Shown here: positions 1 through 7,313 of the stretch, one piece after another
Numbering within the stretch: position 1 is the stretch's first letter
How the letters are laid out: each line of letters starts with the position of its first letter
DNA from: a virus
Taxonomy: Duplodnaviria > Caudoviricetes
DNA length: 42,233 bases
Direction: 5' to 3' (one strand)
IMG/VR virus record: IMGVR_UViG_3300005613_000136
Span: 1 to 42,233 of that record
The notes under the pieces: model-generated
What the model was told of the DNA's origin: nothing
What the model saw: only the letters and a program-made list of their open reading frames with translations
Database searches by the model: none
Made by a program: the position numbers and the translations under genes

Positions 1-123
1 TGCTGTGACCAAAGGTTCGTACAATGAACCAATCTATATCCTCTCAAGAGAGAACCCAGAGAACTCATGGCAATGGAAAGCAGGCTACGAGCAGTGTCAG
101 AAGGACATCGCAGACAAACTAAA
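1..123. repeat. Terminal direct repeat, left copy (circular assembly overlap)
   Basis: Identical to 42111-42233; an ORF reads in frame across the join. Confidence 0.97.
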
Positions 124-137
124 GGACTAGCGTATGC
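113..137 (+). repeat. Gene-junction repeat family B (GACAAACTAAAGGACTAGCGTATGC)
   Basis: 25 bp identical to 285-309; encodes DKLKD-stop plus the next ATG. Confidence 0.95.
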
Positions 138-196
138 CGATGGATTTCTCTGTAGGACTGGTAATTGGATTTATTCTAGCTAAAATATTCAAATAA
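134..196 (+). CDS. 20-aa hydrophobic micropeptide (MPMDFSVGLVIGFILAKIFK)
   Basis: Hand-translated; starts inside the junction repeat and stops 1 nt before the next ATG. Confidence 0.55.
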   Translation: MPMDFSVGLVIGFILAKIFK

Positions 197-197
197 T

Positions 198-302
198 ATG
201 AACATCAAAAAATGTGCCAAGTGCAAGATGGTTCTCTTAAGAGAGAATGAAAACGCTACTTTCATTGTGTGTGAGTGTGAGACCGACAAACTAAAGGACT
301 AG
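198..302 (+). CDS. 34-aa Cys-rich miniprotein ending DKLKD
   Basis: Hand-translated MNIKKCAKCK...VCECETDKLKD; TAAtATG coupling upstream; ends in the junction repeat. Confidence 0.7.
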   Translation: MNIKKCAKCKMVLLRENENATFIVCECETDKLKD

Positions 303-309
303 CGTATGC
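285..309 (+). repeat. Gene-junction repeat family B
   Basis: Identical to 113-137. Confidence 0.95.
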
Positions 310-512
310 TCGAATTCTTATTTGGTTGGTTCTTGGGAGAAACTTTGGCGACACCAGAAACCTATGTCATCTCAAGGCCTGAAAAACAAAAAGAGTGTGA
401 TTACTGTTCATCTGCTGTCGATGCACGCCTTGGGTCGGGCTTGCTGTGTGGTCACCATTACCACACACTTGGACTTTACAAAGAAACAGATCCTAAACTC
501 TTTGAGAAATAA
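306..512 (+). CDS. Hypothetical protein with CxxC...CxxH (possible Zn finger)
   Basis: ATG inside the junction repeat; CDYC...LCGHHY. Confidence 0.75.
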   Translation: MLEFLFGWFLGETLATPETYVISRPEKQKECDYCSSAVDARLGSGLLCGHHYHTLGLYKETDPKLFEK

Positions 513-530
513 TCTATAAAGGACTAGCTA

Positions 531-647
531 ATGAGCAAACAAGACAGAGAGCGCCGCAACAATGACCTACGCATCTTTAAGTGGACTATTGCAGTAGGCA
601 TCCTACTCGCTGCGGCACTGAGTTATTTAACAAGAGGATGGATATGA
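531..647 (+). CDS. 38-aa single-pass membrane micropeptide
   Basis: Hand-translated MSKQDRERRNNDLRIFKWTIAVGILLAAALSYLTRGWI; follows degenerate repeat TAAAGGACTAGC; ATGA overlap with the next gene. Confidence 0.7.
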   Translation: MSKQDRERRNNDLRIFKWTIAVGILLAAALSYLTRGWI

Positions 648-883
648 GTTACTACCACGCCCAAACAAAAGAAGAGGCTAGAAGGTTGATGCAGACGTAT
701 GCGGTCTTCACTCGTCAATTAAGCCTAGAATTTGTGCCGGATGTTGCTTCTTGGTGGGAGACCTACGGAGAAAATACGTGTTACCAACTCTCTTCAAAAC
801 ACGCATTGATTCTGATACACAACAAAAACCTGCTTAAAAACAAGAATATTTATTCATGGAACGAATATCCTCAAGAGGAATGA
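644..883 (+). CDS. Hypothetical protein
   Basis: Start moved from 581 to the ATGA-overlap ATG at 644 (MSYYHAQ...). Confidence 0.75.
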   Translation: MSYYHAQTKEEARRLMQTYAVFTRQLSLEFVPDVASWWETYGENTCYQLSSKHALILIHNKNLLKNKNIYSWNEYPQEE

Positions 884-884
884 T

Positions 885-1100
885 ATGAACGAAGCATTTA
901 AGAAGGATCGTTGCAGCGTGGGAGATGTGATTGTGTCTCCTGCAGGAGAAGCTGTAATTCTTGAGGTCGGTGAGACCAGCTTCTTGAGTAGTTATTTTGG
1001 TGAGTTTGATGAAGCATGGGCGTGGCACACTTACGCAGAAGCAAAGAAGTTCGGCTGGATATTCAAAGGCCAAGACACCTGTAACACATGTGGAAAGTGA
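885..1100 (+). CDS. Hypothetical protein ending TCNTCGK
   Basis: TGAtATG coupling; ends in junction repeat family C. Confidence 0.8.
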   Translation: MNEAFKKDRCSVGDVIVSPAGEAVILEVGETSFLSSYFGEFDEAWAWHTYAEAKKFGWIFKGQDTCNTCGK

Positions 1101-1105
1101 TATGA
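1072..1105 (+). repeat. Gene-junction repeat family C
   Basis: 30/34 identity to 1352-1385; encodes TCNxCxK-stop plus tATGA. Confidence 0.9.
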
Positions 1106-1380
1106 ACAAAGAATTTGAGTTCCAAACTCAAGAAGCAAAACATGGCTTTACTCCAGAACAGAGGAGCATCTATTGGTTCGGTGTGATTGATGCTCTGACT
1201 CAACGAGAAGCATTTGAAAAACAAGTGACGTCTTTGTACGAGAGTGAGTACGGCATTCCTTGCATAGACATGTTGCGTCAGTGGCTTAACGAAAGACCAA
1301 GCGGGCCTGTTTCAACAAAAGACTTAGAACATTGGCTCAAGCCATTGATTGAAGAGACCTGTAACGCATGTGAGAAGTGA
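1102..1380 (+). CDS. Hypothetical protein ending TCNACEK
   Basis: Start moved to the ATG at 1102 (TGAtATG). Confidence 0.8.
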   Translation: MNKEFEFQTQEAKHGFTPEQRSIYWFGVIDALTQREAFEKQVTSLYESEYGIPCIDMLRQWLNERPSGPVSTKDLEHWLKPLIEETCNACEK

Positions 1381-1385
1381 TATGA
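1352..1385 (+). repeat. Gene-junction repeat family C
   Basis: 30/34 identity to 1072-1105. Confidence 0.9.
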
Positions 1386-1627
1386 CGGACGACCAATCAA
1401 AATTTGCAGAGATTTTCAGTATATATCACGGAAAAGACATGTTTGTCGTGACTTTTTCGAGTAGCTATTTCAGTAACCAATTCGAATCAGAGGATATAAT
1501 TGCAAACATTGCAATAACACCCAATACGGCAGCGTTATTATTAAGAGAGCTCGAAAGTCGTATTTCTGATTTTGAAGAGAAGTATGGAAAGATTGATAGG
1601 CATGTGTGCTGTAAATGTGGAGAATAG
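1382..1627 (+). CDS. Hypothetical protein ending CCKCGE
   Basis: Start moved to the ATG at 1382; degenerate family-C C-terminus. Confidence 0.8.
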   Translation: MTDDQSKFAEIFSIYHGKDMFVVTFSSSYFSNQFESEDIIANIAITPNTAALLLRELESRISDFEEKYGKIDRHVCCKCGE

Positions 1628-1640
1628 TGTATACTGTAAT

Positions 1641-1845
1641 AAGGTCCCATCAAGTTCTCTTTTATTTAGGACGCGTCTCATGAGGACGTGTCTCAAATAC
1701 ATGATCCTCCAGCGTTCTCTCTGAGGACAATAGGGCATAACGTCTCACTCTCGGGTGGGGCGCTGGAGGATTATCTCCAAGAAAGAAGCCCATGCGCAAG
1801 CATGAACGAAAGGCAGTCTACTCTTGCTCGAGGGGGCTGTTTTTT
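1641..1845 (+). ncRNA. Putative structured small RNA 1
   Basis: TATACT at 1630-1635 upstream; hairpin 1663-1699; 18-bp stem 1701-1718/1757-1774 with 4 G-U pairs; hairpin plus T-run at 1812-1845. Confidence 0.55.
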
Positions 1846-1852
1846 GTATAAT
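1824..1852 (+). promoter_or_regulatory. Sigma70-type promoter
   Basis: TTGCTC-N17-TATAAT. Confidence 0.7.
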
Positions 1853-1857
1853 ACGTT

Positions 1858-2008
1858 CGTACCCATGAAGCTGTCTTTAAGACAGCCGTCTTTGCCAGAA
1901 ATGGCAACACCAAAAATCTCAAAGCTACTTCTTCAGGGTAGCTTCATGGGTATATGTTTCCATACATATTTGCATCAAAGTAACCATTCGCATTGCGGTG
2001 GTTATTTT
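1858..2008 (+). ncRNA. Putative structured small RNA 2 (four-way junction)
   Basis: 13-bp perfect closing stem 1860-1872/1940-1952, three internal hairpins, terminator-like hairpin 1977-2008. Confidence 0.55.
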
Positions 2009-2016
2009 GCTATACT
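2008..2016 (+). promoter_or_regulatory. Extended -10 promoter
   Basis: TGcTATACT; TATACTGTAA is shared with 1630-1639. Confidence 0.6.
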
Positions 2017-2021
2017 GTAAC

Positions 2022-2184
2022 TGTAAGGATCTTGACTTGTAGGCGAGCGACGAAAGGGGATCATGCAACAAAATAAGCCATGATCGCTAAGGCGGACTGT
2101 CTGCTTCGCATACTTTCTACGTCCGCCTATAGGTCAAGAGACATATTTCAGGTTAAGAAGTGGTCATTTTATGATCGCTTTTTT
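2022..2184 (+). ncRNA. Putative structured small RNA 3
   Basis: 16-bp stem 2030-2045/2124-2139 with 2 G-U pairs; internal GATCATG/CATGATC and GGCGGAC/GTCCGCC stems. Confidence 0.55.
2158..2184 (+). terminator. Intrinsic terminator
   Basis: AAGTGGTCAT-ttt-ATGATCGCTT followed by a T-run. Confidence 0.65.
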
Positions 2185-2209
2185 GATTGTATGTGTGTGT
2201 ATATCTTTA

Positions 2210-2238
2210 TTGCTCACATACCTCACATGTGATAGCAT
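2210..2238 (+). promoter_or_regulatory. Promoter with probable operator
   Basis: TTGCTC-N17-TAGCAT; contains CTCACAT twice and the palindrome TCACATGTGA (2223-2232). Confidence 0.6.
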
Positions 2239-2250
2239 ATGAGTAACGAT

Positions 2251-2394
2251 ATGAAAGAACGACAAGGAAAACTGATTGTATATCTTCCTCCTTCGCAAAA
2301 GGAGATCTTGAAGGAAAAACTCTACGACAAAGGGCTAACCATGAGTTCATGGTTTCGTATTCAAGTTCGTGAATTTTTAAGAGAGGAAGAGTAA
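2251..2394 (+). CDS. Ribbon-helix-helix (Arc/CopG-like) DNA-binding protein, 47 aa
   Basis: Hand-translated MKERQGKLIVYLPPSQKEILKEKLYDKGLTMSSWFRIQVREFLREEE: strand-helix-G-x-T-x-S-helix RHH pattern; absent from the ORF track. Confidence 0.7.
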   Translation: MKERQGKLIVYLPPSQKEILKEKLYDKGLTMSSWFRIQVREFLREEE

Positions 2395-2514
2395 CCTGAC
2401 CTGTTAGGGGGAGATGGACGACTCCGACGACTAGATGTTTGCTCGGGCAACAGAAGGCCATAAGCTCCCCCGGCAGCTTGGGACTATTTTTGATTATATT
2501 TAAACATCAATAGT

Positions 2515-2730
2515 ATGGATTCAAACCCTATCTTTGCTGTCGAGTACGATGTTGATGGTATTCGACAACAGATCGAGGAGCATGGTTCTTGGAGAACAAG
2601 ACGTTTCCTCAAGAAAAGCCTGAAAGAAGCTGTGAGTGCAGCAATGAAGCAGGCTCAAGCAGTTCAATTGAGCAAGTGCCAATGCACATGCCATTTCGGA
2701 TTGGATAAATGTTTTTGTGAATGTAAGTAA
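2515..2730 (+). CDS. Hypothetical protein with Cys-rich C-terminus
   Basis: TATG start; CQCTCH...CFCEC. Confidence 0.7.
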   Translation: MDSNPIFAVEYDVDGIRQQIEEHGSWRTRRFLKKSLKEAVSAAMKQAQAVQLSKCQCTCHFGLDKCFCECK

Positions 2731-2735
2731 TCACT

Positions 2736-2912
2736 ATGTCCAAAACTACTAAGAGTCGTGCTCAGCTACTCCAAGAGGATCTTGCAGAGCTGACAAAGAA
2801 ATACAACTGTTACTTAGAGGCGTCTGTTTCAATTCGTGGAGAACGAGTTCACTCAGAGGTGCTCATCCACGAACGTCCAGAAAAGAAGGAAGAAGAACAT
2901 GCCAAAGATTAA
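2736..2912 (+). CDS. Hypothetical protein, 58 aa
   Basis: Hand-translated MSKTTKSRAQLLQEDLAELTKKYNCYLEASV...; fills the gap between neighbours. Confidence 0.65.
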   Translation: MSKTTKSRAQLLQEDLAELTKKYNCYLEASVSIRGERVHSEVLIHERPEKKEEEHAKD

Positions 2913-3357
2913 ACACATCTTTGTACAGGATTGTGGGATCTACCCAACAGAAGTACTCGTTGTTATTGGGATGTATAGGGAGGAGATCATAAAGCATCTC
3001 AAGAAACGTAAGGGTTTAAAGAAAGGTTTGTTTATTGCTATCGAGCAGAATCCGGATCTTTTCACAGATAGGTATGTGGAAGGTGCAGCTTTTCTTTTGA
3101 GACATACAATAACGGGTAAGCAATATCACTGTCTTTGGCTACCACAACCATCACGTAAAAAAGATTTCACACTGACTCTGATTCATGAGACAGTACATAT
3201 AGCGCAGCAAGTACTAGGCATTGATAGAAATGTGGATCTGGTAGAGGAGAGGGAGTCTACTGCGTACTTCATTGAATACTTTTACGACAAAGTCACAGAA
3301 GAAATTTCTAAACAGTATGGCCGTAAACGACAACGGAAAATACACAAAGCTAACTGA
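2899..3357 (+). CDS. Putative zinc metallopeptidase (HExxH)
   Basis: LIHETVH plus downstream ERE..AY; start moved to MPKIKH at 2899. Confidence 0.65.
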   Translation: MPKIKHIFVQDCGIYPTEVLVVIGMYREEIIKHLKKRKGLKKGLFIAIEQNPDLFTDRYVEGAAFLLRHTITGKQYHCLWLPQPSRKKDFTLTLIHETVHIAQQVLGIDRNVDLVEERESTAYFIEYFYDKVTEEISKQYGRKRQRKIHKAN

Positions 3358-3757
3358 GAACGTCGTCAATAAGTTAGAAGAGATTTTTGCACTTGATGGT
3401 ACAGTGGAAGAGGCGTGTTTATTTGCTGACATTAGTAAACAAACGTACTACAACTGGATCAATAGTGACCCACAGATGAAGGCAAGGTTTGACGCTTTAC
3501 GCAATACTCCAGTATTGGAGGCTAGAAGGACTGTAGTTAAAGGGTTAAAAGAGAATTATAGTAATGCAATGGACTACCTTTCACGTAAGAAAAAGCTAGA
3601 GTTTTCTACAAGAACAGAGCATACTGGAGCTGATGGAGGTTCTATCCTAGGTAGTTTGTTTGACGCCGCTAAAGCTAAAGAGATTTCAACAGAAGAAGCT
3701 AGTGCAACTATTCAAAGCTTAAGATCTTTAACAGATGCTGACGAAAAGGGAGATTGA
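3317..3757 (+). CDS. terS: Terminase small subunit
   Basis: HTH GTVEEACLFADISKQTYYNW; EHTGADGG C-terminal motif; overlaps the large terminase start; start moved to 3317. Confidence 0.8.
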   Translation: MAVNDNGKYTKLTENVVNKLEEIFALDGTVEEACLFADISKQTYYNWINSDPQMKARFDALRNTPVLEARRTVVKGLKENYSNAMDYLSRKKKLEFSTRTEHTGADGGSILGSLFDAAKAKEISTEEASATIQSLRSLTDADEKGD

Positions 3758-5291
3758 ACTTTACAGAAAGATTCAGAAAGATCCTTTCGAGTACGCAAAG
3801 GCAATGTTTGGTTTGTTGCCTCAACCGATTAAAGAAGAGTACAGAGCCAGATGGGAACAAGGACTCAGGAAAGACTGGGAAGCATGGGAGTCCTTTAAGC
3901 TATCCGTAAACGATCAATGGTTTGAACCATTCGTGAAGGGAAAGCACCTAACATGGCAACAGACTCTTCTTTTTTGGTGTGTAAAAAAAGCCCTAGCGAG
4001 GAAGGCTTCTAATCAGATTAGTGTTGTATCAGGACATGGAACGGGAAAGAGCGCCTCAATTGCCATTCTTATTCTTTGGTATCTGTTCTCCTACAAAGAT
4101 TGTCAGGTTCCTTGTACAGCCCCTTCAGCCGACCAGATGTATGACGTTCTGTGGAAGGAAGTGGCTACATGGCATGCTCGCTTACCTGCACAGGTAAAGG
4201 ATCTCTATGACGTAGAGTCTAGTTATGTTCGTATAAAAGAAAGTCCTAAGACATGGTTTGCTCGTGCGAAGACAGCACGTAAAGAGAACCCAGAGGCTCT
4301 GGCTGGTATCCACGCTGACTATGTGATGATGCTTGTGGATGAGGCTAGTGGTGTACATGAATCTATTTTCACAACAGCACAAGGAGCTCTGACGAATGAG
4401 AACGTGCTTTTCATCATGATTAGTAACGGTACGCGTTTGCAGGGGTTCTTCTACGATTCACACCACAGATTGAAGGATGACTGGCAGCGCTTGTCGTTTG
4501 ATAGTGAGGCTTCCCCTATTGTGGACAACGATTACGTTGAGCGTATTACAAAGAAATATGGGGCTGATTCTGATGAATACAGAGTGCGTGTACGAGGAAA
4601 GTTCCCGAAAGCTGACGCGATTGACCAACATGGTTACTCACCACTGCTACTTGAGAAGGATTTAGAGAGGGCTTTTACTACATTGCCCAAGCAGGCATTG
4701 ATTGGATCACCTCGTCTCTCCGTTGACGTTGCTGGTGAAGGAAACAACTTCAATGTTTGGATTCTTCGTTACGATAACTTCGCACGTGTGTTGGATAAAG
4801 TACCTGTACTTGATACAATGGAGACAGCATCAGTGACCGCAAGATTCGCTACAGAGCATGACATCCATCCATACAACGTCTTTGTTGATAAGAACGGTGT
4901 TGGTCGTGGTGTTGTAGACGCTCTGCATAACATGAACTTCTTTGTTCGTGGTGTTCTTGCTTCAGCCTCACCAGATATCGGTGAGGATAAAGAGACATTC
5001 CTCAACAGACGAGCGCAGAACTTCTGGAGAATGAGGATGTGGTTAATGGGTGGTGGTAAGTTGGATAGCGAACATGCAGATGATTGGAGAGAGATTCTTT
5101 CAATCAAGTACAAGACAATGGACCACAAGAGATTGCAGATCATGCCTAAGTTGATGATGCAAAGAGAAGGTATTTCAAGTCCGGACGTAGCAGATGCTCT
5201 AGCTCAGAGTTTTGATGTGCTGCACGCACATGATCCTAACGTCACAAGCGATCTGGTCGAAGATCCTTTTGACCCTAATGCACTTATTTAA
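3735..5291 (+). CDS. terL: Terminase large subunit
   Basis: Walker A SGHGTGKS, Walker B MMLVDEA, RNase H-like C-terminal domain (VDVAGEG, VDKNGVG, SPDVADAL). Confidence 0.96.
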   Translation: MLTKREIELYRKIQKDPFEYAKAMFGLLPQPIKEEYRARWEQGLRKDWEAWESFKLSVNDQWFEPFVKGKHLTWQQTLLFWCVKKALARKASNQISVVSGHGTGKSASIAILILWYLFSYKDCQVPCTAPSADQMYDVLWKEVATWHARLPAQVKDLYDVESSYVRIKESPKTWFARAKTARKENPEALAGIHADYVMMLVDEASGVHESIFTTAQGALTNENVLFIMISNGTRLQGFFYDSHHRLKDDWQRLSFDSEASPIVDNDYVERITKKYGADSDEYRVRVRGKFPKADAIDQHGYSPLLLEKDLERAFTTLPKQALIGSPRLSVDVAGEGNNFNVWILRYDNFARVLDKVPVLDTMETASVTARFATEHDIHPYNVFVDKNGVGRGVVDALHNMNFFVRGVLASASPDIGEDKETFLNRRAQNFWRMRMWLMGGGKLDSEHADDWREILSIKYKTMDHKRLQIMPKLMMQREGISSPDVADALAQSFDVLHAHDPNVTSDLVEDPFDPNALI

Positions 5292-5297
5292 GCCTTT

Positions 5298-7313
5298 ATG
5301 CCGAAAGAAGAAATAAAGGCGAACATCCCTACAGCGTTTGATCGAAGCCAAGAGCCCGAGGCTCATGAAGATGTTGTTTATACTGACGAGGAACAAAGCT
5401 ATCTCGGCTTTATGCGTCGTCGTATCATGACAGCTCGCGATCGAAGAGAAGATAAGCTCATCGAGTTTGATGACCAAAACTACTCGACGTACTATCAGAC
5501 CAACCTCAAGGCAGCGAACTCTTACAACCCACCACGTAAGAACCGTGAGGATGCTCGAATCGTTACTGGAACAACACAAGAGAAGGAGACCACACTGCTC
5601 TCTACTCTCTTGAACTTTAACTTCGAGCCCAACATTCGTCCTTATGACGAGAATGACAATGAGATCTATGAACTAGGTGAGGTCATGGAAGATCTTGTTT
5701 CCAAGAGTCGGAAGATGGAGAAGTATGACGACCGACGTCGCTTGTACTACAAAGAACTTCTGGATCAAGGAACATGTTTCATTGAAGAAGTGAAGGTCGA
5801 GCAAATCATCTACGACAAGAAGATGAAGGAAGGAACCGACCTAACTGGCATGAGGATCGACAGTATCAAGTGGGATACACGTCTCAAGAAGCTCTATGCC
5901 AACTGTGAGACACGCCTCCTTTCTGGAGAAAGTGTTTATCTCGGTAATATTCGAGAGTTCTTCCTAGACAAGCAGCCATTTGCTTTCATTCGCGATGTTA
6001 TCCATTACGATGAAGCAAAGATGATTTACGGAGAATGGGAACGATTCGAGAACGTCCCCCGTAAAGTAGTGCGTTTCTCTACTGAGACAGAAGAGTATGT
6101 GGACTACCGAAACTGGTCACTGCTTGAAATTGATGACGATTATGTGGAGGTCATCAAGTACCAAGACCCACTCAACAACGAGTACATGATCTTGCTTAAC
6201 GGTGTCATGATGATGCCGATCAAGTTCCCGCTCACATCTATCTCTCCTTCAGGAAAGTTCACCTTTGCCAAGGGAGATGCAGAGCCAATCAGCAAGTTCT
6301 TTGCTTACTCCAAGTCAACACCAGCAAAGACCAAGGTCGATCAGCAGGTTCTTGATGAGACTATCAAGATGATCTTGCTCAAGATGAAGAAGAGTCTGTT
6401 CCCACCAATGGCGAACAACTCCGGTAAGATCCTTTCTCGAAAGATCTTTTGGCCAGCAGTCATTACTAATGACGTTGATGTAGCCAAGTTGCAGGAGATT
6501 GGAGCTAATACAGGTCCTACACCAGCCGAGTTCAATACATTCCAGCTCATGAAGCAGATTGTTGATGAGAAGAGTGTTGACCCTTCATTCTCTGGAGATC
6601 AGGTAGGTGGAGACCCAACAGCAACAGAGATCGTGACACGCAAACAGCAGCAGATGCTCAAGCTTGGTCAGACAGTTGTTGGTGTTATCTCTTTGGAGAC
6701 TGAGCTCGTTCGATTGCGTATCCATAACATCCTCGCCAACTGGACACTTCCTATTGATGAGCGTGTCGATGAGGTGCGTAAGGAGCTCGTGAAGTACTAC
6801 CGTTCATTTGATGTCGATACAATCTTCAGTGATAACGGACGAAAAGGACGTCGTATCGTCATGTTCGATGAAGAATCCGTAGAGCGCTTCGGTTCTCCAG
6901 AAGGATCACAGGAGCTCTCAGAGATTCAGGAAAAGATCAAAGAGAAGACAGGTGAGGACATTCGTTTCACCTTCCTCAACCCAGAGGCTATGCAGCAGCT
7001 CAATGCAACATTCGATGTGAGCATGGTTCCTACAGAGAAATCCAGCTCAGAGCTAGATCGAGTACTGTTCGAGCAGAGTTTGAGAGGAGCAATGGAATTG
7101 TTCGGCCCAGAGGAAATCAACAAGGAGTACGCAAAACAACGGTACGCTGTTCTGTCTAAGGAAGACCCAGAGAAGTTCTTCTCTCAACAGACTCAGCAAC
7201 CGCAGGTCGCTCCAGAAGTACAACCACAAAGTCAACCAAGAGCAGCACAGCAACTCACACAAGCCGCAGGTGGTGTTCAACAACCGTCCCTTAACACGTT
7301 ACTTAGTCAGTAA
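5298..7313 (+). CDS. Portal protein (P22-like)
   Basis: 671 aa directly after TerL; TATEI motif; Gln-rich C-terminal tail. Confidence 0.85.
   Translation: MPKEEIKANIPTAFDRSQEPEAHEDVVYTDEEQSYLGFMRRRIMTARDRREDKLIEFDDQNYSTYYQTNLKAANSYNPPRKNREDARIVTGTTQEKETTLLSTLLNFNFEPNIRPYDENDNEIYELGEVMEDLVSKSRKMEKYDDRRRLYYKELLDQGTCFIEEVKVEQIIYDKKMKEGTDLTGMRIDSIKWDTRLKKLYANCETRLLSGESVYLGNIREFFLDKQPFAFIRDVIHYDEAKMIYGEWERFENVPRKVVRFSTETEEYVDYRNWSLLEIDDDYVEVIKYQDPLNNEYMILLNGVMMMPIKFPLTSISPSGKFTFAKGDAEPISKFFAYSKSTPAKTKVDQQVLDETIKMILLKMKKSLFPPMANNSGKILSRKIFWPAVITNDVDVAKLQEIGANTGPTPAEFNTFQLMKQIVDEKSVDPSFSGDQVGGDPTATEIVTRKQQQMLKLGQTVVGVISLETELVRLRIHNILANWTLPIDERVDEVRKELVKYYRSFDVDTIFSDNGRKGRRIVMFDEESVERFGSPEGSQELSEIQEKIKEKTGEDIRFTFLNPEAMQQLNATFDVSMVPTEKSSSELDRVLFEQSLRGAMELFGPEEINKEYAKQRYAVLSKEDPEKFFSQQTQQPQVAPEVQPQSQPRAAQQLTQAAGGVQQPSLNTLLSQ

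Noticed and set aside
1-123. Terminal repeat as a true physical terminal repeat or attachment site
   Set aside because: It falls mid-ORF and is most simply an assembler overlap of a circular contig; real termini need read data.
113-309. 25-bp direct repeats as a mini-CRISPR array
   Set aside because: Spacing is 147 bp or more and irregular, the intervening DNA is coding, the repeat is not palindromic and no cas genes are present.
1858-1955. tRNA gene
   Set aside because: Cloverleaf-like, but lacks D-loop GG, TTC T-loop, a 7-nt anticodon loop and CCA.
1688-2020. 110-aa ORF as a real gene
   Set aside because: GTG start without the genome's usual context, low-information sequence, and it crosses promoters, terminators and G-U-compensated stems.
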